Shown: positions 7,479 through 15,889 of the stretch, one piece after another
How the letters are laid out: each line of letters opens with the position of its first letter
Position numbering within the stretch: the first letter of the stretch is position 1
Source of the DNA: Gammaproteobacteria bacterium
GTDB taxonomy: Bacteria > Pseudomonadota > Gammaproteobacteria > Pseudomonadales > Azotimanducaceae
NCBI GenBank assembly: GCA_030428905.1
Contig: JAUIED010000084.1
Coordinates: 1-18,046 of the forward strand
Direction of reading: 5' to 3'
Length of the DNA stretch: 18,046 nt
Program-made: the position numbers and the translations under genes
Notes under the pieces: model-generated
What the model was told of the DNA's origin: nothing
The model's input: the letters and a program-made list of their open reading frames with translations, nothing else
Database searches by the model: none

Positions 7479-7915
7479 TGGGCCGCAGCCGGATTCGCGC
7501 GCCAGCGCCCCTCTCTGAAGGCCAGCAGGGCTTTGCGGGCCATGTCCGGCGTTTCGTCATTGCGGCGGAATCCCGAAGTGAGAAACGGATGGAAGCCTGC
7601 AGGAACGTCCTTGATAGAGCGTGTGGGTTTGTAGCCCATGGACCAGGACTCGAATGAACGCTCCTCCACCGTGCCTTCCCACAGCACCTGCACATCCTGG
7701 TGGCGCGGGTCGGTACCAATCTTGGCGAAGGTGTCCTTTACTGCGCCTTTCGTTCCCTCGAGCACCTGGATGAACGAACCTTCGTGGAATACCAGCAGTC
7801 CGGAAACATCCCGTTTGGCGTTGTTGGTGCGGGCCAGCTGCAGGAGTTCCGCAATGGCATCATCGTCGAACTGCTCGCTGGCCGCGCTGATGTAGATAAT
7901 CTGATAAACCGACAT
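7475..7915 (-). CDS. Short BLUF-domain blue-light photoreceptor (146 aa; BLUF domain plus a ~50-aa tail).
   Basis: Minus-strand ATG at 7915 with RBS AGGAGAGAG. MSVYQIIYISAASEQFDDDAIAELLQLARTNNAKRDVSGLLVFHEGSFIQVLEG...RHQDVQVLWEGTVEERSFESWSMGY contains the conserved BLUF Tyr (Y8), Gln (Q49 in FIQVLEG), and Trp/Met (W90, M92). The 28-codon upstream extension of the tracked ORF has no RBS. Confidence 0.85.
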   Translation of the reverse strand: MSVYQIIYISAASEQFDDDAIAELLQLARTNNAKRDVSGLLVFHEGSFIQVLEGTKGAVKDTFAKIGTDPRHQDVQVLWEGTVEERSFESWSMGYKPTRSIKDVPAGFHPFLTSGFRRNDETPDMARKALLAFREGRWRANPAAAH

Positions 7916-8109
7916 GACTCTCTCCTGGTTCGGGCATACGCCTCTGGATGGACGTAGTCTGCGCGCTTGTGCAACCCGGTACCGTGACCAGTTACGCAAA
8001 ACGGAACATTAGTTGCTCAAGCCTGTGCGAGCCCTCTCCCGCTTTGCTTTCCCGCGCCGCCGTGGCTATCGTTTCGCACTGAGTTGTTGCAGGGGAGGTG
8101 GTAGCGAAG

Positions 8110-8888
8110 TGCTGCTCAAGAACAAAGTAATAGTGGTGTCTGGCGTGGGCCCTGGTATGGGTCAGGCGATGGCAAAGCTCGCTGCGGAGGAGGGCGCTCT
8201 GGTCGGGCTTGGAGCGCGCAACGCGGAGTTTCTGCAAACGGTTGTGCAGGAGATCGAAGCGGCCGGTGGCGAGGCGGTTGCGATGCCAACCGACGTCACA
8301 GACGCCGCGCAGTGCCGGGCGCTTGTGGATGCTACGGAGGCGCGTTTCGGCCCTGTTCAGGGGCTTGTCAACAGCGCTTACAACCATGGCGATTGGGCGA
8401 CCACGGATGTGGCAGATCCTGCCTCCTGGGCGGCCGTGTACGATGTGAATTGCACGGGTGCGCTGCGCATGGCGCAGGCTTGCCTGCCGTCCATGCAGCG
8501 GGCGGGAGGTGGTGCCGTTGCCAACGTCTCCACCATGGCTACGGTCAACCCGTTCCCTGGTGAGGCTGCGTATGCCGCGGCAAAAGGTGGGCTGAATGTG
8601 CTAACACGGCACATGGCCAACGACTTCGGTGTGCACGGAGTGCGGGTGAATGCGGCGCGCATGGGCTGGATATACGGCGCGCCGGTACGCGGTTACATCG
8701 ACATGCAGGTGCAGGCAGGCAGGCCACGCGAAGAGGTGGTGGGCGAGATTACGTCACGCATCCCGCTGGGTATCATTCCCGACGAAGACGACTGTGCGCG
8801 GGCCGTGCTGTGGCTCGTGTCCGATTACTCCAAAGTGATCACCGGGGCGTCCATCGACGTCAACGGCGGTCAATACATGGCGCCATGA
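8110..8888 (+). CDS. Short-chain dehydrogenase/reductase (SDR) family oxidoreductase.
   Basis: GTG 8110 preceded by GGGGAGGTGG. Gly-rich NAD(P)-binding motif VSGVGPGMG, NSAY/NNAG-like motif, and catalytic YxxxK (YAAAKGG). Ends IDVNGGQYM, typical of SDRs. The upstream 33 codons of the tracked ORF have low coding character. Confidence 0.8.
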
Positions 8889-9358
8889 CTATGGAATTCG
8901 ATCTGCAAGCCATCGAGCACATCAAGCGGCTCAAGTATGCCTATTGCCGTGCGATAGATACCTGCAACCTGGAACTCCTGGCCAGCATCCTCACGGAGGA
9001 TGCCGAAGTGGACTTTCACGGAGGCACCTATGTGTTTCAGGCCCAGGGCCGCGACGCTATCGTCGCCGCCATCGGTGGCGCGTTTCACGAGGAGTTCGTG
9101 GGTTGCCACACGGTGCACATGCCAGTCATCGACGTGCACGCTGATGGCACGGCGGAAGGCCGCTGGCGTTTGCTCGACTACGCGCTGAACCTGCGTGAGG
9201 ACAACCTCACCACCGTGGGTGCGGCGGAATACGTTGATCGCTACGTCAGGCAGAACGGCATATGGCTTATCCGTTACTCCAGCTACACCCGGTTGTACGA
9301 GCGAGTGTACCGTGACGCCGAGCCGGGCCTGACGGCGCACCTGCTTGCCGGCGGTTAA
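8884..9358 (+). CDS. NTF2-like / SnoaL-like polyketide-cyclase-fold protein.
   Basis: ATG 8884 overlaps the SDR stop (ATGA), implying translational coupling. The sequence has features typical of SnoaL-like (NTF2 superfamily) proteins. Confidence 0.6.
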
Positions 9359-9954
9359 GCGGCCGCCGGGGCTCCAACTCTGCGGTGTATCGCTGCAATG
9401 AGCGGTGTAGGCAAGCGCAGCGCGACAGCCAGATCCTCGAGGTAGAGGCGTCCGGGTGCGCAGTTCTCGTCGATTGCTGCCAAAGATGCGCTGTATACCT
9501 CCAGGCGTGACTCCAGGTTCGTGGCGTTGTGCACAATGTCCATCATGGCCGGAGGTTTCAGCAGGAGATGCTCGAGCTCGCTCAGGGCAGGACCGCTCAA
9601 CCCTTCGTCAATAGCGTGCTGCCAGATGCGGGATTGCTCAGCGTCGGTCAGGTGACCATCAGCGTTGGCCGCAGCGATCATCGCGCGCAGCAGCAGAAGC
9701 CCGTCGCGCGGTCGTGACTCCGGACGTGCAGGCGGCTCGTGAATGTCTACCGGGGTGTTGGTTTGTTCGCGATACTTCTGTACTGCAGACCACGCAATAC
9801 CGCCAAGGGCCACGAGCCCGCCCGCTTTGAGCAGCTTTTTCGCTGGCTTTTTGTTGCTGATGGCGCTTATCAGCGCGCCTCCTGCGGCGCCTCCGAGGAA
9901 GCCGGATAGGGTGTTGCGTGTGGTGTCGGACTTCAGGAGCTGTTCGATTGGCAT
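9355..9954 (-). CDS. DUF533 / TerB-like inner-membrane protein (YebE family).
   Basis: Minus-strand ATG 9954 with RBS GAGGAactgac. Gly-rich TM segment (GFLGGAAGGALISAI...GGLVALGGIAWSAV), then LLLLRAMIAAANADGHLTDAEQSRI, closely matching the E. coli YebE block ILRAMIAAAKADGHIDEREYALI. TerB-like C-terminal helical bundle. Confidence 0.75.
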   Translation of the reverse strand: MPIEQLLKSDTTRNTLSGFLGGAAGGALISAISNKKPAKKLLKAGGLVALGGIAWSAVQKYREQTNTPVDIHEPPARPESRPRDGLLLLRAMIAAANADGHLTDAEQSRIWQHAIDEGLSGPALSELEHLLLKPPAMMDIVHNATNLESRLEVYSASLAAIDENCAPGRLYLEDLAVALRLPTPLIAAIHRRVGAPAAA

Positions 9955-10142
9955 GTCAGTTCCTCTGCTAGATTGCCAGCACAGCTTCGCGTGTTCTGTT
10001 GGTTCAGAAAATCGGATTGTTCCGTCAGAATCCGTAGGTCGATTCGAATGATTCGGTTTTGTCGATGAACTTCAGCGAAAGTCTCTGATTTCGTGCCTTG
10101 CCGCCTCGGGCGAACATATTTTCTTTTGAATCCGGTGGTCGC

Positions 10143-10511
10143 ATGATTTTCGATATTCGGATAGATCCCGGCGTGTCGGCGCGGTTCGGTACGAGCCTGG
10201 AACGCCAGGTTGGCTACAAGCTTGCGGCATTCGATGACGCAGTGGCCCGACTTGATGCCAGTTTGCATGAGGTGGTTGGCGCGGTGAAGGGCACGTTATA
10301 TGAGTGTCGGCTCGACGTGGAGTTGGACTCCGGCGAGCGCTTTGCGCTGTCGGCGCGCGGGCCGCGATTGCAGATCTGTATCGCTGACGCCGTCTCCCGG
10401 CTGAATCGCAAACTTTCACGACGCGTGCAGGGGCTGGGATTACCTCAGGTCGCAGAATCCACCTGGCGGCGGCTCCACCATAGTTCGACAAAACGGAAGG
10501 AATCCATCTGA
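10143..10511 (+). CDS. HPF/RaiA-like (ribosome hibernation factor fold) small protein, tentative.
   Basis: ATG 10143 with RBS GGTGGtcgc. N-terminus MIFDIRIDPGVS... resembles the short proteobacterial HPF/RaiA-family pattern (MQIxIRxD...E...V......L.RF). The pattern of hydrophobic periodicity and the C-terminal ADAVSRLNRKLSRR helix fit the beta-alpha-beta-beta-beta-alpha HPF fold. Family assignment is from memory of the pattern only. Confidence 0.45.
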   Translation: MIFDIRIDPGVSARFGTSLERQVGYKLAAFDDAVARLDASLHEVVGAVKGTLYECRLDVELDSGERFALSARGPRLQICIADAVSRLNRKLSRRVQGLGLPQVAESTWRRLHHSSTKRKESI

Positions 10512-10579
10512 AGGATTGAATAGACCTTCGGATGGAAGCCGTTAGAGTTTGCCTCGGTCACATTACTGGAGACGAGACC

Positions 10580-11281
10580 ATGGCAGTTGAAAGGGTGCGT
10601 GAAGCAGCGTTGGATTCGAGCACGGTAGCAACCCCTGATCAGGGGTTGGAGCTTGCGCAGAACAAGGTCCTGCGCAATACCTACAGGCTCCTTTCCATGA
10701 CGCTCGCGTTCAGCGGTGTGGTCGCGATGGCGACGGCAGCCGCTGGCCTGGATCATCCTGGCATCATCGTCACTCTGGTGGGTTACTTCGGCTTGCTGTT
10801 CCTCACCATGAAGCTACGCGACAGCGCCTGGGGCCTGGTGTCGGTGTTCGCGCTCACCGGGTTCATGGGTTACACGTTGGGTCCTATTCTCAACGCCTAC
10901 CTGAGTCTTGCCAACGGCCCGACCCTGGTCGCTACGGCTGCAGGCACCACGGCGGTGGCGTTTCTTGGCCTTTCGGCCTACGCACGTTCCGAGCGGGCGG
11001 TGGATGTTCGCGGTTATGGGAACTTTCTGACGATCGGTATCCTCGTCGCCTTCTGTCTGGGCCTTGCAGCTGTGTTCTTCGAGATGAGCGCATTGTCGCT
11101 GGCCGTCTCGGGCCTGTTTGTGCTGCTCATGTGCGGCCTGATCCTCTGGGAAACCCAGAACATCGTGCGTGGCGGTGAGACCAACTACATCATGGCGACG
11201 GTGACGCTTTTTGTGTCGATCTACAACCTGTTCACCAGCCTGCTGCACATCCTCGGCTTTCTCGGCGGCGACGACGCCTAA
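10580..11281 (+). CDS. Bax inhibitor-1 / YccA family (TMBIM) membrane protein.
   Basis: ATG 10580 with RBS GGAGacgagacc. Seven hydrophobic segments; C-terminal ...SIYNLFTSLLHILGFLGGDD (charged tail) and the overall YccA/BI-1 pattern (NKVLRNTYRLLSMTL.., GYTLGPIL..). The upstream 16 codons of the tracked ORF have no RBS. Confidence 0.75.
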   Translation: MAVERVREAALDSSTVATPDQGLELAQNKVLRNTYRLLSMTLAFSGVVAMATAAAGLDHPGIIVTLVGYFGLLFLTMKLRDSAWGLVSVFALTGFMGYTLGPILNAYLSLANGPTLVATAAGTTAVAFLGLSAYARSERAVDVRGYGNFLTIGILVAFCLGLAAVFFEMSALSLAVSGLFVLLMCGLILWETQNIVRGGETNYIMATVTLFVSIYNLFTSLLHILGFLGGDDA

Positions 11282-12411
11282 TGGGAACCGCTATAGGTAT
11301 ATTGGGCGCCGGACAGCTCGGCGCCTATCTGTGCCGCGCCGCGCGCCAGCTCAGGCTGCGCTCCGTTGTTCTTGCCTCACGGCCGGATGATGTTGCGGTA
11401 GCGGTAGCAGATGAGGTGATCTATGGCGGTCTGGGTGATGTCGTCAACGTGGCACGTCTGCTTGATCGTTGTGACGTGGTGACTTTTGAGCGTGAGGACG
11501 TGCCGGTTGATGTGCTCGATATGATCGCCGATCGGGCGGCAGACGGTAGCATACGGGTTGCTCCCGGAGTGGAGACGCTGCGGCTGATCCAGAATAAGGC
11601 GGATCAGAAGGCCTGGCTCGTTGAACACGGTATACCTACGGCACCGTTCCTCCGCTTCGATAATGGCGTAAACGAACACAGCGACATCCCGTTCGGTTCT
11701 CGCTATGTGGTCAAGCGTCAGCGTGGCGGCTACGACGGGCTGGGTGTGGCAGTGGTGAAGGACGGCCTCCTACCGCAAGCCATGGCAGGTGCGCCGTGCA
11801 TTGTGGAGCAGTGGGTCGAGCACGAGCAGGAGGTGGCTGTTCTCGTTGCGCGCAACGCAGCGGGCCAGCTTGCGGTCTATCCGGTGTTCGCCATGGACTT
11901 CGATGCGCGGGGCAACGTCCTGCGCCAGGTGGTTTGTCCGGCGGGGCTTGGTGACAGGCTCGAAGCACAGGCACGCAGCCTGGCGCTGCGGGTCGTCGAG
12001 GCGCTGGAAGGCGTTGGTGTTTTTGCCGTTGAGATGTTCGTTACACAAGCCGGCCTGATGGTGAACGAGATATCCCCGCGGGTGCATAATGTAGGCCATC
12101 TCACCATCGAAGCCTTTGATGTGTCTCAGTTCGAGTTGCATATGCGGGCCATCAGCGACCTGCCCCTTCCGGCGCCTTGCCAGTCGCAGGCGGCGGCGAT
12201 GAATAATCTGCTGTACGAGCCTGAACTGGATCGTGCCTGCCGCGACCGGATGTCTATCGACGACCAGGCGGAAGGGGTGCACGTGCACTGGTACGGCAAG
12301 AGCGAACCTCGATTGCTGCGCAAGATGGGCCACCTCACCGTGGTGTCTGTGAGCGCGCTGCAGGCGGCGCAGCGTGCGGATGCATCCGTAAACCTGCTGA
12401 AGGCGGTCTGA
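11281..12411 (+). CDS. purK: N5-carboxyaminoimidazole ribonucleotide synthetase (ATP-grasp).
   Basis: N-terminal [13 protein letters not shown]-grasp core ([35 protein letters not shown]), and C-terminal MGHLTV. Its start overlaps the upstream stop (TAATG). Confidence 0.85.
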   Translation: MGTAIGILGAGQLGAYLCRAARQLRLRSVVLASRPDDVAVAVADEVIYGGLGDVVNVARLLDRCDVVTFEREDVPVDVLDMIADRAADGSIRVAPGVETLRLIQNKADQKAWLVEHGIPTAPFLRFDNGVNEHSDIPFGSRYVVKRQRGGYDGLGVAVVKDGLLPQAMAGAPCIVEQWVEHEQEVAVLVARNAAGQLAVYPVFAMDFDARGNVLRQVVCPAGLGDRLEAQARSLALRVVEALEGVGVFAVEMFVTQAGLMVNEISPRVHNVGHLTIEAFDVSQFELHMRAISDLPLPAPCQSQAAAMNNLLYEPELDRACRDRMSIDDQAEGVHVHWYGKSEPRLLRKMGHLTVVSVSALQAAQRADASVNLLKAV

Positions 12412-12896
12412 TGGCCAGGGTTGCCATCGTCATGGGCAGCGACTCTGATCTGCCCACAATGGCCCCTGCACGCGATGTTCTGCGCGAGCTCGATATCGAT
12501 AGCTGGGTATCTGTGGTCAGCGCCCATCGAACGCCTAGGCGGCTCTTTGAATTTGCGGAAAGTGCCGTGGCTCAGGGGTTTCGAGTGATCATTGCTGGTG
12601 CCGGCGGGGCGGCGCACCTGCCCGGCATGATCGCCTCGCTCACACCCCTGCCGGTGATCGGCGTGCCGGTGAGCGCTACACGCCTTGCCGGTGAGGACGC
12701 CTTGCTGTCGATCGTTCAGATGCCGGCAGGTGTGCCAGTGGCCACCGTTGCTATCGATGGCGCGCGTAATGCCGGAATTCTTGCCGCCCAGATTCTCGGA
12801 TCGGCGGACGATGCCATTCTCCAGCGCGTGGCGCATCTTAAAGCGCGCATGGCGCAGGAGAGCGAGGCGAAAGCGGCGCGCGTCGAACAGAGCTGA
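12411..12896 (+). CDS. purE: N5-CAIR mutase (phosphoribosylaminoimidazole carboxylase catalytic subunit).
   Basis: [14 protein letters not shown]...VSAHRTP...[25 protein letters not shown] is the canonical PurE signature. ATG overlaps the purK stop (TGATG). The gene order purK-purE is inverted relative to the E. coli purEK arrangement. Confidence 0.9.
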   Translation: MARVAIVMGSDSDLPTMAPARDVLRELDIDSWVSVVSAHRTPRRLFEFAESAVAQGFRVIIAGAGGAAHLPGMIASLTPLPVIGVPVSATRLAGEDALLSIVQMPAGVPVATVAIDGARNAGILAAQILGSADDAILQRVAHLKARMAQESEAKAARVEQS

Positions 12897-12905
12897 CCGG
12901 CGCGC

Positions 12906-13886
12906 ATGGACAGCCTGTTTTTCGCCAACCTCACATCGCCGCCACTGCTGTTCTTTGCGCTTGGGCTGCTGGCGGCACTGGTGCGTTCGGACTTGGAGAT
13001 TCCAGAGCAGGTTGCCAAGCTGTTGTCGCTGTACCTGCTCTTTGCGATTGGCTTTAAAGGAGGCGTGGCGCTCAGCTCCAGTCTTGGCGGCTGGTCGACG
13101 TTCACCTCGCTCGGCGCTGCGGTGCTGCTTGCGAGTCTCATCCCGCTGGGAGTGTTTTTTGCGCTGCGCGCACGTCTCGGTGCGGCAGATGCTGCTGCAA
13201 TGGCGGCCACCTATGGATCGGTGAGTGCGGTGACATTCGTCACTGCCACCAGCTTTCTCGATGCAGGCGAAGTGTCGTGGAGCGGTTACATGGTGGCAGC
13301 CATGGCGTTGATGGAGTCACCCGCGATCATCGTTGGTCTGTTGCTCTACCGTATTTACAGTAACAATGGTGCGGGTGCTGTGCCCTTTGAAGCGAAAGGG
13401 ATGCTGCGCGAGTCGTTTCTGAATGGCTCGGTGTTTCTCATTCTCGGCAGCCTTGCCATCGGTTACGCAACGGGCAGCCGGGGCATGGCGCAACTCGAAC
13501 CGCTGGTGGTGGACCTGTTCATCGGTATCCTCTGTCTGTTTCTGTTGGACATGGGGATTGTCGCCATGCGACGCATGCGCGATCTCTCACGCGGCGGCGG
13601 TCAAACCCTGGCTCTGGCGTTTTTGGGCCTGTTACTGCCGCTTTTGCACGGAGCCATGGGTATGGCCCTTGCGTGGATGTTGGGGCTGGGGGAGGGCGAC
13701 GCGCTGCTGTTGGTAGTGCTTGCGGCCTCTGCGTCGTACATCGCCGTACCAGCCGCGCTGCGTCTGGCCCTGCCTGAAGCCAATCCCAGCTACTATCTTG
13801 GCACGTCGCTGGCCATCACCTTTCCGTTCAACCTGATCGTCGGCATTCCGCTGTACCATGCGGCGGTACGCTGGCTGATCGCGTGA
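12906..13886 (+). CDS. sbtA: SbtA-family (DUF897) putative sodium-dependent bicarbonate permease.
   Basis: 326-aa polytopic membrane protein starting only 9 bp after purE. Internal two-fold repeat architecture. N-terminus MDSLFFANLTSPPLLFFALGLL and motifs such as LLFAIGFKGG resemble SbtA/DUF897 proteins. Followed immediately by a PII-like gene, the characteristic SbtA-SbtB pairing. Confidence 0.7.
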   Translation: MDSLFFANLTSPPLLFFALGLLAALVRSDLEIPEQVAKLLSLYLLFAIGFKGGVALSSSLGGWSTFTSLGAAVLLASLIPLGVFFALRARLGAADAAAMAATYGSVSAVTFVTATSFLDAGEVSWSGYMVAAMALMESPAIIVGLLLYRIYSNNGAGAVPFEAKGMLRESFLNGSVFLILGSLAIGYATGSRGMAQLEPLVVDLFIGILCLFLLDMGIVAMRRMRDLSRGGGQTLALAFLGLLLPLLHGAMGMALAWMLGLGEGDALLLVVLAASASYIAVPAALRLALPEANPSYYLGTSLAITFPFNLIVGIPLYHAAVRWLIA

Positions 13887-13899
13887 CGAGGCACTGCAT

Positions 13900-14196
13900 A
13901 TGAAGCCCTGCAAACGAATCGAGGTCGTCATCGAGCGCGCGATTGCACCGCGGCTGGCAGACCTGTTACTCGAAGCTGGAGCGCCTGGCTACACGCTCAT
14001 CGACCACGCCAGCGGCCGTGGCGACAGAGGCGAGCGTCGTGGCGATGAGCCGGCCGGCACGTCGACCAACTGCATGTTCATCATAGCCTGCAACGAAGAC
14101 GAGGTGGTGGAACGGATAATCGACGCGGTGCGCCCCACACTGTCCCGCTACGGTGGCGTGTGCCTTGTGACGGAGGCGCTCTGGTTGCGCCACTAG
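13900..14196 (+). CDS. sbtB: PII-like signal-transduction protein, SbtB-type partner of SbtA.
   Basis: 98-aa protein whose size and secondary-structure pattern fit the PII/GlnB fold, with a T-loop-like GRGDRGERRGDEP segment. ATG 13900 is 13 bp after the sbtA stop, with GAGG upstream. Confidence 0.65.
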   Translation: MKPCKRIEVVIERAIAPRLADLLLEAGAPGYTLIDHASGRGDRGERRGDEPAGTSTNCMFIIACNEDEVVERIIDAVRPTLSRYGGVCLVTEALWLRH

Positions 14197-14204
14197 CCGG
14201 CGGC

Positions 14205-15521
14205 TCAGACGGCGTTGGCGTTTTGCGCGGGTCCGCTGGCGTGCTGCAGATCTTCGCGCAGGCTGCGAGCGGCGAGCAGGAAGTGGGCCCCGGCCCAGAA
14301 GTAAGCGCCGGTGGCGATGAGGATAGCCCAACGCAGACCCTCGCCGGGGAACGTGCCTTCCAGCGCGTCGCTCAGTACACCCACCAGAAACGGCCCCAGA
14401 CCGAGGCCAATGATGTTCAGAATGAACAGCACTACGGCGGATGCCAGGGCGCGCATGCGGGTGGGAGCGATGTTCTGGATCGTGCCGAAAGCCGGCCCCA
14501 ACCATAGCGAGTTGAGCAGGCTCGGCACCACCAGCACCGCAATCGCGAGATAAGGCGAATCGTTCATCATGGCGAACACATAGAACGGGAATGCCGCCAG
14601 AACACCAGCTGCCGGCACCCAGGCGTACATACGCTTGTCGCGACGTGCAAGCCGGTCGGCGATGTTGCCGCCCAGGAGCGTGCCGATAGCGCTGGCCACA
14701 CCAAGCACCAGGCCGAAGTAGGTCGCGGTTTCAGCGATGCCCATCTCGTGTACCCGAATGAAAAATGCAGGCAGCCACTGCCCGAGGCCGTAGCCCACGA
14801 ACGAGGTCAGTGCGCCGCCCATTGCCATGTGCATGATGGTCCTGTTCTTGAGCAGCACCGGCAGAGTGTCGCGCAGCGGTGGCTGCGGGGTTGCGGCGCC
14901 GACCGTGCCATCGGACAGGCCGCGCAGGGGCTCGCGTACCGTCATCTTGAATGCTACCGCCAGGAGGATGCCCGGTAACCCGACGATGAAGAACGCTGCA
15001 CGCCAACCGTAAAACTCGGCGATCCAGCCGCCGGCCAGAAGGCCGAGAATACTGCCGATGGGTATGCCGAGCGCGTAGATAGACATGGCCGAGGCGCGCG
15101 ACTCTGCCGGATAGTAGTCGGCAATCAACGAATGCGCCGGCGGTGAGCAGCCGGCCTCCCCGACACCCACGCCGATGCGTGCAGCCAGCATCTGTGCGAA
15201 GTTCTGCGCCATGCCGCAAAGGGCAGTCATGCCGCTCCAGATGACGAGCGCGCCGGTGATGATGGTGGTGCGGTTGGCTCGATCGGCAAGCCGGGCGATA
15301 GGTATACCCAGCACGGTGTAGAAAACAGCGAAGGCGAGCCCCGTCATGAGGCCGATCTGGGTGTCGCTCAGGCCAAGGTCGAGTTTGATCGGCTCTGCCA
15401 GGATGGTGACGATCTGGCGATCGAGAAAATTGAACACGTACACGACCACCAGCATGGCCAGCACGTAGGTTCGATAGCGGGGGGTGACGGGCGGCGTACC
15501 GCCCGTCTCATGTGCGCTCAC
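14205..15521 (-). CDS. MFS transporter (12-TM, spinster-like / MFS_1 type).
   Basis: Multiple hydrophobic segments, MFS motif A-like GxLaDRxxRR (ARLADRANRT, ADRLARRDKR), and the FNFLDRQIV.. N-terminal region. Probable start is the GTG at 15521-15519, which overlaps the stop of the small upstream ORF (GTGA). The tracked ORF's further extension (MHGAHGRHGRRQRLR) looks non-coding. Confidence 0.8.
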   Translation of the reverse strand: MSAHETGGTPPVTPRYRTYVLAMLVVVYVFNFLDRQIVTILAEPIKLDLGLSDTQIGLMTGLAFAVFYTVLGIPIARLADRANRTTIITGALVIWSGMTALCGMAQNFAQMLAARIGVGVGEAGCSPPAHSLIADYYPAESRASAMSIYALGIPIGSILGLLAGGWIAEFYGWRAAFFIVGLPGILLAVAFKMTVREPLRGLSDGTVGAATPQPPLRDTLPVLLKNRTIMHMAMGGALTSFVGYGLGQWLPAFFIRVHEMGIAETATYFGLVLGVASAIGTLLGGNIADRLARRDKRMYAWVPAAGVLAAFPFYVFAMMNDSPYLAIAVLVVPSLLNSLWLGPAFGTIQNIAPTRMRALASAVVLFILNIIGLGLGPFLVGVLSDALEGTFPGEGLRWAILIATGAYFWAGAHFLLAARSLREDLQHASGPAQNANAV

Positions 15522-15625
15522 ACGAAGGCGTTGACGACGGCCATGCCGCCCATGAGCGCCGTGCACGCGGCGAAGATGATCAGGGTGCCGCCGATGACTG
15601 AACGAAATGGGTCTTCAATCCACAT
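15518..15625 (-). CDS. Unannotated 35-codon ORF encoding a single-TM small membrane peptide (MWIEDPFRSVIGGTLIIFAACTALMGGMAVVNAFV), translationally coupled to the MFS transporter.
   Basis: Not in the supplied track (below the size cutoff). Minus-strand ATG at 15625 is preceded by a consensus AAGGAG RBS with 7-nt spacing. Codons 9-35 have strongly GC3-biased usage matching real genes in this window. Its stop TGA overlaps the MFS GTG start (GTGTGA). One predicted hydrophobic helix. Confidence 0.55.
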   Translation of the reverse strand: MWIEDPFRSVIGGTLIIFAACTALMGGMAVVNAFV

Positions 15626-15889
15626 AAATGTACTCCTTGGTGTTGATGGACGAATGCATGTAGAAACGGCGCGCAGCATGCCGAGCTGTCTGCATCGAAA
15701 AAAGCAGGTTGTATGGTGCCCATGCTTCGATGTGTTCGAAGCGTTGGCTGGCCGGTTGCCGGGCTGGTTTATCCCTGGGGGGCAGCGTGGTTGCGGTGTC
15801 AGCGGGCGAAAGTCTGGCGTCGAGTGTCGCTTCAGGCGAAACTGCTCCTATCTAACTGCACTTCCCGGAACCGGCGTTGCTGTCTTGAG

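Noticed and set aside
15518-15625. Possibility that the 35-codon ORF is simply the frameshifted true N-terminus of the MFS transporter (sequencing error or pseudogene).
   Set aside because: The peptide has its own consensus RBS and ends in a classic GTGA start/stop overlap. The MFS protein from GTG 15521 already begins at a sensible position before TM1. Two coupled genes are more parsimonious, but a frameshift cannot be fully excluded without comparison to orthologs.
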